A DNA stretch of 64,000 nt. It comes from Calditrichia bacterium. Its GTDB lineage: Bacteria > Calditrichota > Calditrichia > JAJRVZ01. Positions within the stretch are counted from its first letter, which is position 1. Each line of letters starts with the position of its first letter. The stretch is taken from positions 184,753 through 248,752 of the forward strand of contig CAVZSQ010000003.1 in assembly GCA_963777955.1 (NCBI GenBank), in the 5' to 3' direction. Below the pieces are notes generated by a model, which saw nothing but the letters and a program-made list of their open reading frames with translations, made no database searches and had not been told where the DNA came from. A program made the translations under genes and the position numbers. This document shows positions 21,222 through 31,763 of the stretch, piece by piece.

Positions 21222-21857
21222 TTAAAAGAATCCAAAGGTATATAATTTCAGGCCGGCCCGGATCATCAAACCGGACATATCTACTTCGGTACGCACCGGC
21301 AGGCCCAGTTTGTTTTCGCTTTCGGCACGGGAAGGACTGCCGGAATGGTAACTCAACTCAAGGAACAGGTCCGAAGCGCGGGACATCGCGAAAGCGACAC
21401 CTCCGCCTACCTGCCAGGTGAAACCTGAATAAAAACGTGATTCCTCCTTTTTCAGGCGGTAATTTGCTTCACTGTTCCACATAAACTCATAACCGACTCC
21501 GCCGCTGACACGCAAATCCATTTTAGGGGCGATCTGGGTTTGCAGGATGAGTTTGAAATATACCGGCAGCATAGTAGTGGCATTCTCAATTTCGGTTTGA
21601 ATTACAGATTCCTCAACCTGGGCCTGGGTATTTGTATCCACTTTTGTTTCTTTGGTGTAAGTTTTCCGATAATAATCGATTTCGAGACCCCAACCGATGC
21701 TTTCATCAACCATGCGACCGATGGTTATTCCGCCGATAAAGCCGGTTTTGGCATCGGCCGGCATCAAAACCCCGGCCTGAAATTCCGTGAATTTGTCCTG
21801 TGCAGTCAGTGAAATTACGGCAGTCAAAACGACGATAATAGTCAATATTTTTTTCAT
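21222..21857 (-). CDS. Small outer-membrane beta-barrel protein
   Basis: Signal peptide MKKILTIIVVLTAVISLTAQ, alternating amphipathic strands, and a C-terminal aromatic residue (..YTFGFF). Confidence 0.45.
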   Translation of the reverse strand: MKKILTIIVVLTAVISLTAQDKFTEFQAGVLMPADAKTGFIGGITIGRMVDESIGWGLEIDYYRKTYTKETKVDTNTQAQVEESVIQTEIENATTMLPVYFKLILQTQIAPKMDLRVSGGVGYEFMWNSEANYRLKKEESRFYSGFTWQVGGGVAFAMSRASDLFLELSYHSGSPSRAESENKLGLPVRTEVDMSGLMIRAGLKLYTFGFF

Positions 21858-22089
21858 CGCAGGCTCCTTAAACTTAAAAATGGTACTTAATTATTATTTT
21901 TGAAATTTAAAAGTCGTATTAACCAAAGTCAATGTAATCTTAGCGGCTTTATACCTCCTTTATTAATTCCCGAATATATTTTACAAAGATATTGCTTATA
22001 GAATTATAACATGTATATTTTTAGGTGGTTCCATCCCGAAAATTTGAGGATTATTTTTCTTTTATTTGCGTTTAATACCTGAGGCTTTA

Positions 22090-23367
22090 ATGAGCAATTT
22101 AACTGCACTTATTTTAGGCGGCGGGCGGGGAACCCGCCTGGAGCCATTGACCAGAATCCGGGCAAAACCTGCTGTCCCGATTGCCGGAAAATTCCGCCTG
22201 ATTGATATACCGATCAGTAATTGTCTCCATGCCGGTATAAAACATATCTTCATCCTGACCCAGTTCAATACCGAATCTTTGCACCGGCACATAAATTTGA
22301 CTTACCGTTTCGATAACTTCTCTAATGGTTATACCCGGATTTTAGCTGCCCAGCAGACTTCCGAAAACCAGGACTGGTATCAGGGTACGGCTGATTCGGT
22401 GCGAAAAAACCTGCAATTTTTCGAAAAAGCCGATGATCATATTATTATCCTTTCCGGCGATCATCTCTACCGTATGGATTATCTCAAATTTTTCAATTAC
22501 CATCTCGATTCGAATGCTGACATTTCCATTGCGGTCAAACCGATCTATGAGCACGAAGCCAGGGAATTCGGAATAGTGAAAGCCAATTCCGATAGCCAGA
22601 TTATCGATTTCTATGAAAAACCGGATAAACCAGAAATCCTGAATGAATTCCGGGTCGACCCGAAACTATTCAATACTTTCGATATTATACCCAACAACCG
22701 CACCCATATCGCTTCCATGGGTATTTATATTTTTAACCGGCAGTCACTAATCGATGTCCTTAGCGATAACAGCATGGAGGATTTCGGCCGGGAGATAATT
22801 CCCAAGAGTATTAAAGAATTAAAAGTGAATGCATATTTCTTCGACGGATACTGGCAGGACATCGGGAATATCCGGTCTTTTTTTGAGGCGCATATGGAAT
22901 TAACCAAAGCCCTGCCGCGCTTTAACTTTTATGATGAGATCTATCCGTTTTATACGCGTCCGCGCTATCTGCCTGCTTCCAAGATCAACCGTTGCCAGAT
23001 AAATCACTCCGTTGTGGCGGAAGGTTCCATCCTGTTAGGCTCGATCATCGAGCATTCCACCATCGGCATACGCTCCTATATCGATGAGGGTACCCTGGTC
23101 CAGCGCTCGATTATCATGGGAAACGCCCGCTATGAAACGATCGAAGATCGCCAGCTCAATAAGCAAAAAGGCCATCCTAATCTGGGGATTGGAGCCAATT
23201 GTGTAATCAAGAACAGTATCGTCGATATGGATGTGGCCATTGGCGATAATGTACAATTGATCAATAAAGAACTGGTGACGGAGACATTTAAAGAAAATTA
23301 TGCTATCCGGGACGGGATTATCATTATTCCCAAAGGAAGTTGTATTCCGAGTAATACGGTAATCTAA
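22090..23367 (+). CDS. glgC: Glucose-1-phosphate adenylyltransferase
   Basis: MSNLTALILGGGRGTRLEPLTRIRAKPAVPIAGKFRLIDIPISNC is the canonical GlgC N-terminus, and a left-handed beta-helix C-terminus follows. The start is moved to the internal ATG at 22090. Confidence 0.85.
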   Translation: MSNLTALILGGGRGTRLEPLTRIRAKPAVPIAGKFRLIDIPISNCLHAGIKHIFILTQFNTESLHRHINLTYRFDNFSNGYTRILAAQQTSENQDWYQGTADSVRKNLQFFEKADDHIIILSGDHLYRMDYLKFFNYHLDSNADISIAVKPIYEHEAREFGIVKANSDSQIIDFYEKPDKPEILNEFRVDPKLFNTFDIIPNNRTHIASMGIYIFNRQSLIDVLSDNSMEDFGREIIPKSIKELKVNAYFFDGYWQDIGNIRSFFEAHMELTKALPRFNFYDEIYPFYTRPRYLPASKINRCQINHSVVAEGSILLGSIIEHSTIGIRSYIDEGTLVQRSIIMGNARYETIEDRQLNKQKGHPNLGIGANCVIKNSIVDMDVAIGDNVQLINKELVTETFKENYAIRDGIIIIPKGSCIPSNTVI

Positions 23368-23379
23368 CCGGGTACGAAT

Positions 23380-24600
23380 TTAGATAAAAGATTTCATCGT
23401 TTTTTCTATTCTTTCCAGAGCCCAGAATAATTCTTTTTCGGTCAGCACCAGCGGCGGTGCGAAGCGAATTTTATCTCCATGGGTCGGTTTGGCCAGCACG
23501 CCGTTGGCTTTAAGTTCCAGGCAAAAATCCCAGGCTGTTTTATTAGTGGCGGTTGGTTTGATCACCATGGCGTTGAGTAATCCCTTGCCGCGAACGGTGG
23601 TGATGAAATCATAGCGGGTCATTAATTTCTGAATCTCGCGGCGAAAAATTTCACCCAGTTTGAAAGCATTGTCCGCTAATTTTTCCTTAATAATCACCTG
23701 CAAAGAGGTGATGGCCACAGCGCAGGCCAGGGGATTGCCGCCGAAGGTGGAACCGTGCTCTCCCGGTTTAAGGGTCAGCATTATTTCATCGGAGGCCAGC
23801 ACGGCAGAGATAGGTAAAACTCCGCCGGATAAGGCCTTACCCAAAATCAGTATATCCCCTTTTACCTGTTCATAGTCGGCAGCGAGCATTTTACCGGTCC
23901 GGGCCAGACCGGTTTGTACTTCGTCACAGATCAGCAGCACATTGCCGGATTTACACAGGGCGGCGGCTTTACGCAGATACCCCTCATCCGGGACCACCAC
24001 GCCGGCTTCGCCCTGGATCGGTTCCACGATAAAACCGGCAGTCCGGGGATCCCGCAACGCTTTCTCCAGAGCGGGCAGATCATTATAAGGAATCGTTTCG
24101 AATCCGGGTAAAAAAGGTCCGAAATCATTGCGGCATTCGGGGTCCGTTGAAGCAGATACTGCCGCCATGGTCCGGCCATGAAAATTTCCTTCGGCCACAA
24201 TTATTTTTGCCTGATCAGCAGGGATGCCCTTAACTTTATAGGCCCATTTTCGGGTTAATTTAAGCGCGGTTTCGAACCCCTCAGCCCCGGTGTTCATCGG
24301 TAATACTTTATCATAACCCAATAATTCACAGATAAATTTTTCGTACTCGCCCAGGACATTGTTATAAAAAGCACGGGAAGTCAGAGTCAATAACTTGGCC
24401 TGCTGTTGCAGCGTTTTAACAATTTCAGGATGACAATGCCCCTGATTCACTGCTGAATACGCGGATAAAAAATCCATATATTTTTTATCATCTACGTCCC
24501 AGACCCATACCCCTTTACCACGCGCCAGTACTACATCCAGTGGATGATAATTATGAGCTCCGTGTTTGTCTTCCAGTTCCATGTAGTGGGAAGATTTCAT
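23380..24600 (-). CDS. rocD: Ornithine aminotransferase (class III PLP aminotransferase)
   Basis: [43 protein letters not shown] and [12 protein letters not shown] are OAT signatures. Confidence 0.8.
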   Translation of the reverse strand: MKSSHYMELEDKHGAHNYHPLDVVLARGKGVWVWDVDDKKYMDFLSAYSAVNQGHCHPEIVKTLQQQAKLLTLTSRAFYNNVLGEYEKFICELLGYDKVLPMNTGAEGFETALKLTRKWAYKVKGIPADQAKIIVAEGNFHGRTMAAVSASTDPECRNDFGPFLPGFETIPYNDLPALEKALRDPRTAGFIVEPIQGEAGVVVPDEGYLRKAAALCKSGNVLLICDEVQTGLARTGKMLAADYEQVKGDILILGKALSGGVLPISAVLASDEIMLTLKPGEHGSTFGGNPLACAVAITSLQVIIKEKLADNAFKLGEIFRREIQKLMTRYDFITTVRGKGLLNAMVIKPTATNKTAWDFCLELKANGVLAKPTHGDKIRFAPPLVLTEKELFWALERIEKTMKSFI

Positions 24601-24736
24601 TAAAATAGACCTCCATCTTTATCCGCAATTCGGCTGCCAGGTGTAATCATCGCACCCGGTATAATTTTGTTTTAGTTGTCTAATTTAATCAGAATGATGC
24701 TTAATTCCAAAAGCAAGGGGCACTGCCAATGACCCA

Positions 24737-24778
24737 CCCCAAACCCCTCCCTTTCAGCCTCTTGGCTGAAAGGGAGGG
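24737..24778. terminator. Perfect GC-rich hairpin cccctccctttcagcc-tctt-ggctgaaagggagggg, downstream of the minus-strand gene 24809..25720
   Basis: A 16-bp perfect inverted repeat read directly. Confidence 0.55.
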
Positions 24779-24808
24779 GCAAGGGGAGGGTTATTTATTC
24801 TAATTACC

Positions 24809-25720
24809 CTATTTCCTTTTGCCCTGCACCTCAGCTGAATATGCATCAACAGCCTGACGAATGGCACGGATATGGTCGGGAGTAGTCCCGCAGCAGCCGC
24901 CGATTACATTAACCTTCAATTCCAGTAATTTTGCAGTAGCCTGACCTCGCTGTGCCGGAGTTTCGCTGTATACATTTTTCTGCCCGTCCCACTTAGGTAA
25001 ACCTGCGTTAGCCTGGGCAATCAATGCTGCTGACGAATGGCTTCGGATCTCGGTCATCAGGTCGATCATCTCTTCCATACCCAGACCGCAATTTGCACCG
25101 ATAAGATCCGCCCCTGCTTCTGCCAGCGCAGAAATCATAGCAGGCGGGGAAGTTCCCATCATCGTTTTAAAACCGGTTGCACTCCTGTCGAAGGTCATGG
25201 TCACTGCGACCGGCAGAACCGGAGTTAAATTTTTGGCAGCCTGCAAAGCAGCCCGGGCTTCCTGCAGATCAGCCAGCGTTTCGATAATGATCAGGTCCAC
25301 CCCGCCGGCCTGCAAAGCAGCCATTTGTTCGTAAAAGACATCAACCAGTTGAGTAAAGGTCAGCATACCCAGCGGTTCCAGCAATTCACCGGTCGGTCCG
25401 ACAGAACCGGCTACGAATTTTCCGGCCGGCCGAACAGCACAGGCCAGTTCTGCCGCCCGTCGATTCAATTCTTTTACCTGATCACCGTAACCATGAAAAC
25501 TCAGGCGAAAGCGGTTGGCCCCGAAGGTATTAGTTTCCACCAGATCTGCTCCCGCGGCAAAATACTGCTGATGGATGCTCTGGACAATATCGGGGTGCCG
25601 CAGATTATATTCCTCCGGGCAACTGCCGGCCAGTAATCCGTATTTTTGCAACATGGTACCCATAGCACCGTCAGCGACCAGAGTCGAACTTTTAAGCTGT
25701 TCAATAAATTTCCCGGACAT
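24809..25720 (-). CDS. Homocysteine S-methyltransferase (MetH N-terminal Hcy-binding domain / MmuM-like)
   Basis: LVADGAMGTML, LVETNTFGANR and a C-terminal GGCCGTTPDHI (zinc-binding Cys cluster). Confidence 0.7.
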   Translation of the reverse strand: MSGKFIEQLKSSTLVADGAMGTMLQKYGLLAGSCPEEYNLRHPDIVQSIHQQYFAAGADLVETNTFGANRFRLSFHGYGDQVKELNRRAAELACAVRPAGKFVAGSVGPTGELLEPLGMLTFTQLVDVFYEQMAALQAGGVDLIIIETLADLQEARAALQAAKNLTPVLPVAVTMTFDRSATGFKTMMGTSPPAMISALAEAGADLIGANCGLGMEEMIDLMTEIRSHSSAALIAQANAGLPKWDGQKNVYSETPAQRGQATAKLLELKVNVIGGCCGTTPDHIRAIRQAVDAYSAEVQGKRK

Positions 25721-25732
25721 GACCTTCCTTTC

Positions 25733-26443
25733 TCAGATAACAGAATTATGTTTGGGAAAATCCAGATGTACCGAGCAGGTGACGCTGGTACAGGTATAAC
25801 ACGGAATTTTCTCGGTGTGTTTAACATCCCGGCGCAGACCATAGACCCCGGTTAAACTATGGGGCGGATCGAGCATCTGAGCGGTTGTCAGGTGGACTCC
25901 CATGGCAGCAGGATCAAGCAAGGACAGGATTTTTTGTTGTTCCTGAATCGCCCATCCGCAATAACCCGGAGCGAATCGCCTGGTCAGACTTGGTTCGCTG
26001 AGGGCTAGTATCTGAGTAATTTCTTTTTTGAATAGATCGAGCGCCGTCTGCAGGATGCTGTTAAAGGATGAGTAAGATAAAAAAGCCTGCAACGGATCGT
26101 CTTCTATTGTGCCGGTAAGATTTAACAGAAAAACCAGGCAATGACTGCAGTCTTTCAACAACTGATAAATAACCGGTCCCTGAAAAACAAATTTACCCGG
26201 TCCGGCGGATAATTCGATCGTATGATTTCTTTCCAGGTGTTTTTTAACCGGGAGCAGACGGTATTGATAGCGAACCGGGGTTACGGCCAGGCGGGGCAGA
26301 ACAGCAGTGCTCAGAAATGATTGAACATAATCGGGCAATGCCCGCTCTGCAGGATAACACAGAAAACTTTTCAGATAAGTAAGGTTAAGTTGTGCCGGAT
26401 CCAGAAGTAACTGACCCTGCTGGAAATTGCGATCGATCTGCAT
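25733..26443 (-). CDS. Methionine-synthase activation-domain-like protein (MetH C-terminal AdoMet-binding domain homologue)
   Basis: RFAPGYCGW resembles the RxSPGYGDW motif of the MetH activation domain. Its position next to the Hcy-methyltransferase gene fits a split MetH. Confidence 0.45.
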   Translation of the reverse strand: MQIDRNFQQGQLLLDPAQLNLTYLKSFLCYPAERALPDYVQSFLSTAVLPRLAVTPVRYQYRLLPVKKHLERNHTIELSAGPGKFVFQGPVIYQLLKDCSHCLVFLLNLTGTIEDDPLQAFLSYSSFNSILQTALDLFKKEITQILALSEPSLTRRFAPGYCGWAIQEQQKILSLLDPAAMGVHLTTAQMLDPPHSLTGVYGLRRDVKHTEKIPCYTCTSVTCSVHLDFPKHNSVI

Positions 26444-26682
26444 GATCTTGACTGTTTTTAAATATTAAATAAATTAATAAAAATTTATTTAAAACCCAAT
26501 ACTTCCCAGGTAATACCTGCAGGATTTGTTTTTATTCAATAATACAATTAATTTAAAAATAAACCGGGGTCTCTGAAATTTCAATATCTAGTAACACGTT
26601 TGAATCAATAATGTTCCAGCGCTGTGGTTGCTTTTGAAGGGAACACCTTATAATTTAAGGAATAAAACAAGTCAAGCAGTTC

Positions 26683-28456
26683 ATGACGCACTGAAGGGAG
26701 TCGCTCATTTTTCGTACGTTTGCTTATCTTAAGCCATATCTGTTGCGTTATAAGTATAAGTTGCTGTCCGGCATTCTTTTTACCGTCATCAGCAATGCCG
26801 TAAGCATTCTATACCCCAAGGTCGTTCAAAAGTCTATTGATTATCTCGCTCACGAAATAGAAGTCAGACAATTGTTGTTGTACAGCGGATTGATTGTACT
26901 GATTGCAGCGGTGCAGGGATTTTTTCGCTTTTTGATGCGGCAAACCATTATTGTCGGTTCGCGCTTGATCGAGAATGATTTTCGCAATGATCTGTTCGGG
27001 CACCTGCAGAAAATGTCGGCCACTTTTTTCCAGAGCATGCCCACCGGCGATGTCATGTCGCGAATGACCAATGATCTTAGTGCGGTACGCAGTGTTTTGG
27101 GGCCGGGGATTATGTATTCGGCCAATACGATCTTCACCCTGGTTTTTGTAGTGGCGATGATGCTTACGATCAATCCGCTGCTGACCCTGATCGGATTTTT
27201 ACCCATCCCTTTGATCGCTTACTCCGTCTATCGTTTTGGTATGCAAATTCATAAAAGATATAAAGAGATCCAGGCACAATATTCCAGGATCAGCACCAAG
27301 GCCCAGGAAAACCTTTCCGGAATCCGGGTGATTAAATCCTATGTGCAGGAAGCGCATGAAATTATCGAGTTCAACAAATTGAACAAGGAATATGTCGATA
27401 AGAATATGGCCTTTGTGCGGGTCTATGCCGCCTTCCACCCGATGTTGATGTTTATTATCAGCCTGGGCATCATCCTGGTGCTGCTGGTAGGGGGAATTCA
27501 GATTGTAGACTGAGACAATTTCATTGGGAGAATTCGTAGCCTTCACCCTGTATCTGGCCATGCTGGTCTGGCCGGCGATTGCCCTGGGCTGGGTGGTCGG
27601 CATCTTTCAACAGGGGGCTGCGTCCATGGAACGGATCAATGTTATTCTGGACACCCAGCCTGAGATCCATGATGATCCACAGGCCGTGCCGCTAACAACT
27701 GTTCAGGGCGATATTCAGATAAAAAATCTTACCTTCGGCTATAATGGCGGCAGCAGGCCGGTTTTAAAGAATATTAATATTGATCTGCCCGCCGGGAGTA
27801 TCCTGGCCATAGTGGGCCGGACCGGCAGCGGGAAAACGACGATCATGAATTTGCTGACCCGCACCTATGATCCGCCGGAAGGAACAGTATTCATTGACGG
27901 CCTGGACATCAAGAAGATTCCTTTGCACATATTGCGTCTGCATACCGGATACATTCCGCAGGAAACTTTTCTGTTCTCGGATACCATTAAAGCAAATATT
28001 ACTTTTGGCCTGCCTGCCGGCAGTGATGAAAAAGTTATGGCCGCGGCCCAGGCGGCCCAGATCCACGATACAATCATGGAATTCGCTGATAAATATGAGA
28101 CCCTGCTGGGCGAGCGGGGTATTAATTTATCCGGCGGACAAAAACAGCGGGTCTGTATCGCCCGGGCCATCATTAAGGAACCGAAAATCCTGCTGCTGGA
28201 CGATGCGCTGTCAGCGGTCGATACTATAACCGAGGAAAAAATCCTGGAAGGTTTGCGTACGGTAATGCAGAACAGGACCTGTATCTGGATTTCGCATCGG
28301 ATCTCCGCTATTCAGAATGTCGACCAGATCATCGTACTGGATGAAGGGGGGATTGCCGAGCAGGGGACGCACCAGGAACTGCTGGCCCTGGAAGGGCTTT
28401 ATGCCGACCTTTATGAAAAACAAAAACTGGAAGAAGCACTGGATCAGGTTGAATAA
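26683..28456 (+). pseudogene. MsbA-like ABC exporter (TMD-NBD fusion) with an in-frame TGA near the N-terminus (26692) and a 1-nt indel near 27511 separating the TMD from TM6/NBD
   Basis: Frame 1: ATG(26683) ACG CAC TGA then RESLIFRTFAYLKPYLL.., an MsbA-like N-terminus. ORF 26743..27513 is the TMD; ORF 27524..28456 has GEFVAFTLYLAML (TM6), Walker A GRTGSGKTT, signature LSGGQKQRV and Walker B LLLDDALSAVD. Confidence 0.7.
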
Positions 28457-28472
28457 TGGGAATAAAATTCCA

Positions 28473-29667
28473 ATGAATAAAAAACAAATATTTTGGTTCG
28501 CCTGGATAGTCCTTTCCTGCTGGTGGATAAATCCCGTCAATGGTCAAATGGATTATCGCACTGTGCACAAAGAAGCCCTGGTCGTAGATTGTCACAGTGA
28601 TGTTATTTTGCAGATCCTGCGCGGGCAGAATTTTCTCAGACGATCCGACTGGGGGCATATTGACCTGGTGCGGTTGCAGGAGGGTCAGGTCGATGTTCAG
28701 TTTTTTGCGGCCTGGCCTAATCCGGATTTGTATAAACCGGATAAGATGTATGAACAGACATTGAATTTAATTGCGCTCTTCACCAGAACCATGAGCCGCG
28801 GCCATGGTCAGATTGAATTGGCCCGTTCACCGCAGGAGATTGAACAACTGGTCAAACAGGGTAAAATAGCCGCCTGTTTGTGTGTGGAAGGGGGCAGCGC
28901 CATTGAAAATGATCTGCAAAAATTGGAAAACCTGTACAATCTGGGTGCCCGCTATATGACTTTAACCTGGATCGACAGTCCCGACTGGGCCAGTTCGGCA
29001 CAGGATGAGGTTTCTGCTGCTTACCAGGGAGTACGTGGCCTTTCCGATTTCGGCAAACAGGTGGTGCTGACCATGAACAGACTGGGGATGATGATCGATC
29101 TTTCGCACAGCGGCGAAAAAACGTTCTGGGATGTACTGCAAACTACGACCAAACCGGTGATTGCTTCGCATTCCTGTGTCTATGCACTGGCTGCGCATGT
29201 ACGCAATCTGAAAGATGACCAGATCATCGCGATCAGTAAAAACGGCGGATATATCGGTATTAATTTTTATCCCGGTTACCTGGATGTGGAATTCGAGAAA
29301 AAATACAGCCGGTTACGCAAGTCGGCGGCAGCCCACCTGGATTCGCTGAAAACAGAATTTGGCCAGAATTATACCGGGTACCGTAAATATCAGGAAAAAT
29401 ATTATCAGGAGTCTGTGCAAAGATATTCGTCCCGATCTCGCTTTGATTATCGATCATATCGAGTATGTTGTAAACCTGGTCGGGGATGATTATGTGGGAC
29501 TCGGTTCGGATTTTGATGGAATTACGATCAGTCCCCGCGGCCTGGAAGATGTCAGTAAAATGCCGGAACTCACCCGGATCATGCTGGAACGCGGTTTCAG
29601 CCGGGAGCGTATTGACAAGATTCTGGGGGGAAATTTTATGAGAGTTTTCAAGGCGGTACAGCAGTAA
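28473..29667 (+). pseudogene. Membrane dipeptidase, peptidase family M19, split by a frameshift in an A5 run (29397-29401)
   Basis: Signal peptide MNKKQIFWFAWIVLSCWW. DCHSDV, IDLSHSGE and NFYPGYL in ORF 28317..29489; VGLGSDFDGI in ORF 29359..29667. Removing one A gives ..YQENIIRSLCKDIRPDLALIIDHIEYVV.. Confidence 0.7.
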
Positions 29668-29686
29668 TTCAGTCCTATATATACCC

Positions 29687-30292
29687 TTACAGGGTGTCTG
29701 CAGCAATGGTCTGTAAGACCGTCTCCTCCGGCCAGAGAATATCAAAAATACGGTTCAGTTTCTTTTCGTGCTCCAGCAGGAGATTATAATTGACCGGCTT
29801 TAGTTCGACGGAATCGGCAAACATTTGCATGCCCCAGCCGAATTCGCGCAGTTTAGTCAGAGAACTTTCCTTCCAGCGGTAAATCCAGAAGTGCACAATC
29901 TCTTTTTCAATCCATTCGTATTCCCGCGGAGAAAGAGGGCTCTTTTTTAAAGACACATATTTATAGGCAATCCATTCCGGTTGCATTTTTATAATATCGA
30001 TAGCAATGCGCCATCTATTTTCTTCCGTTTGGCGATGCAATTTTTTTAACAGTATCGCCAGCTCTTCATTTACCTTCAGGAAAGCGTTTAACTGTTCAAC
30101 GGTTATGGCTTTATCAGCAGGAGGTCTATAGGTGTCCTGATCATACCATTCCGAAAACAAGCGGGCCTGTTCATTGGTATTAATCTGTTCCGGCAGATAG
30201 ATGCTGAACAGCCAGTAGAAACTGGAAATGAACGCAGCGGTGACGAGTAAGCCGAGCAACAGAATAATAAATATATTTTGTTTTTTGGTCAT
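29687..30292 (-). CDS. Hypothetical membrane-anchored protein
   Basis: N-terminal TM helix (IFIILLLGLLVTAAFISSFYWLF); no recognisable domain. Confidence 0.35.
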   Translation of the reverse strand: MTKKQNIFIILLLGLLVTAAFISSFYWLFSIYLPEQINTNEQARLFSEWYDQDTYRPPADKAITVEQLNAFLKVNEELAILLKKLHRQTEENRWRIAIDIIKMQPEWIAYKYVSLKKSPLSPREYEWIEKEIVHFWIYRWKESSLTKLREFGWGMQMFADSVELKPVNYNLLLEHEKKLNRIFDILWPEETVLQTIAADTL

Positions 30293-30344
30293 TTTAAAAA
30301 AACGCTAATGACGCTTTGGCGTTTAGAAATATACAGATGTGCCG

Positions 30345-30400
30345 GGGGAGACGGAATTTTCCGCAACCGGAATTTTCCGCAACCGGAAAATTCCATCCCC
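30345..30400. promoter_or_regulatory. Tandem CGGAATTTTCCGCAAC direct repeats ending in a GGAAAATTCC palindrome, between icd and the downstream gene
   Basis: gggggagacggaattttccgcaaccggaattttccgcaaccggaaaattccatcccc, read directly. Confidence 0.4.
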
Positions 30401-30413
30401 TTCCAGCGGATTC

Positions 30414-31655
30414 TTATTTCATATTTTCGATAATGGCATTACCGAATTCACTGGTTTTCAGCAGAGTGGCGCCTTTCATTTGCCGTTCCAGATCATAGGT
30501 AACGCGTTTTTGCTTGATGGTTTTGGAAATTCCTTTCTGGATCAGTTTGCTGACTTTGTTCCAGCGTATATATTCAAACATCAGGGCGCCGGATAGAATT
30601 ACCGACGAAGGATTGATCACATCCTTGCCGGCATATTTCGGAGCGGTGCCGTGGGTGGCTTCGAACACGCCGATAACGTCGCCGATATTGGCCCCCGGGG
30701 CCATACCCAGACCACCGACCTGGGCGGCACAGGCATCGGAAAGGTAATCGCCGTTCAGATTCGGCGTGGCCAGCACATCATATTCCCCGGTGCGGGTCAG
30801 GATCTGCTGAAACATACTGTCGGCGATACGGTCTTTAATAATGATTTTATGATCCGGCTTTTTGCCGTCATATTTGGCAAATAGTTCTTCTTCCGTAATG
30901 GTCTCTTCGGCAAATTCTTCACGGGCCAGTTCATAACCCCATTCCTTGAAAGATCCCTCGGTATACTTCATGATATTGCCCTTATGGACCAGGGTGACGC
31001 TATCGCGTTTCTGGGTAATGGCAAACTGAATGGCTTTACGGACCAGTTGTTTACTGCCGGTAGGACTGATCGGTTTAATGCCGATACCCGAATCAGGGCG
31101 GATATTTTTACCCAGCGATTTTACCAGTTCAATTATTTTATTTGCTTCGGCTGAGCCGCTGGGCCATTCAATGCCGGCATAAACGTCTTCGGTGTTTTCC
31201 CTGAAGATAACCACATCCATATTCTGGGGTTGTTTGACCGGTGAAGGTACGCCCTTGAAATATTTAACCGGGCGCACACAGGCGTACAAATTCAGGTCCT
31301 GCCGGATGCTGACGTTCAGACTGCGAAAGCCTCCGCCCACCGGAGTGGTCAGGGGACCTTTAATAGCAACGGTGAAATAAGAGATGGCATCCAGCGTCTC
31401 CTGGGGCAGCCATTCATTATAAATATGGTAAGCTTTTTCACCGGCAAAAATCTCCACCCATAAAATTTTACGCTGGCCGTTGAAGGCGATGTTGACCGCG
31501 GCATCGAAGACCTTGCGGGCGGCCCGCCAGATATCGGGACCTGTACCGTCCCCTTCAATGAAAGGTATATACGGATTTCCGGGGACGATCAGTTTGCCTC
31601 TTTTGGTCTGGATGACCTGTCCGCCGGATGGTATTTGAATTTTCTTGAACTCCAA
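30414..31655 (-). CDS. icd: NADP-dependent isocitrate dehydrogenase
   Basis: [31 protein letters not shown] is the canonical IDH N-terminus; the 413 aa length fits. Confidence 0.85.
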   Translation of the reverse strand: MEFKKIQIPSGGQVIQTKRGKLIVPGNPYIPFIEGDGTGPDIWRAARKVFDAAVNIAFNGQRKILWVEIFAGEKAYHIYNEWLPQETLDAISYFTVAIKGPLTTPVGGGFRSLNVSIRQDLNLYACVRPVKYFKGVPSPVKQPQNMDVVIFRENTEDVYAGIEWPSGSAEANKIIELVKSLGKNIRPDSGIGIKPISPTGSKQLVRKAIQFAITQKRDSVTLVHKGNIMKYTEGSFKEWGYELAREEFAEETITEEELFAKYDGKKPDHKIIIKDRIADSMFQQILTRTGEYDVLATPNLNGDYLSDACAAQVGGLGMAPGANIGDVIGVFEATHGTAPKYAGKDVINPSSVILSGALMFEYIRWNKVSKLIQKGISKTIKQKRVTYDLERQMKGATLLKTSEFGNAIIENMK

Positions 31656-31763
31656 AATGACCTCCTTGATCTAAGTAATAAAGTAAGAATTTATAAAAAT
31701 CTTTTCTGTTTTCGCAATTGTTGAAGGGATAAAGATCGGAGGTCATAATGACCGTAGACCTGC

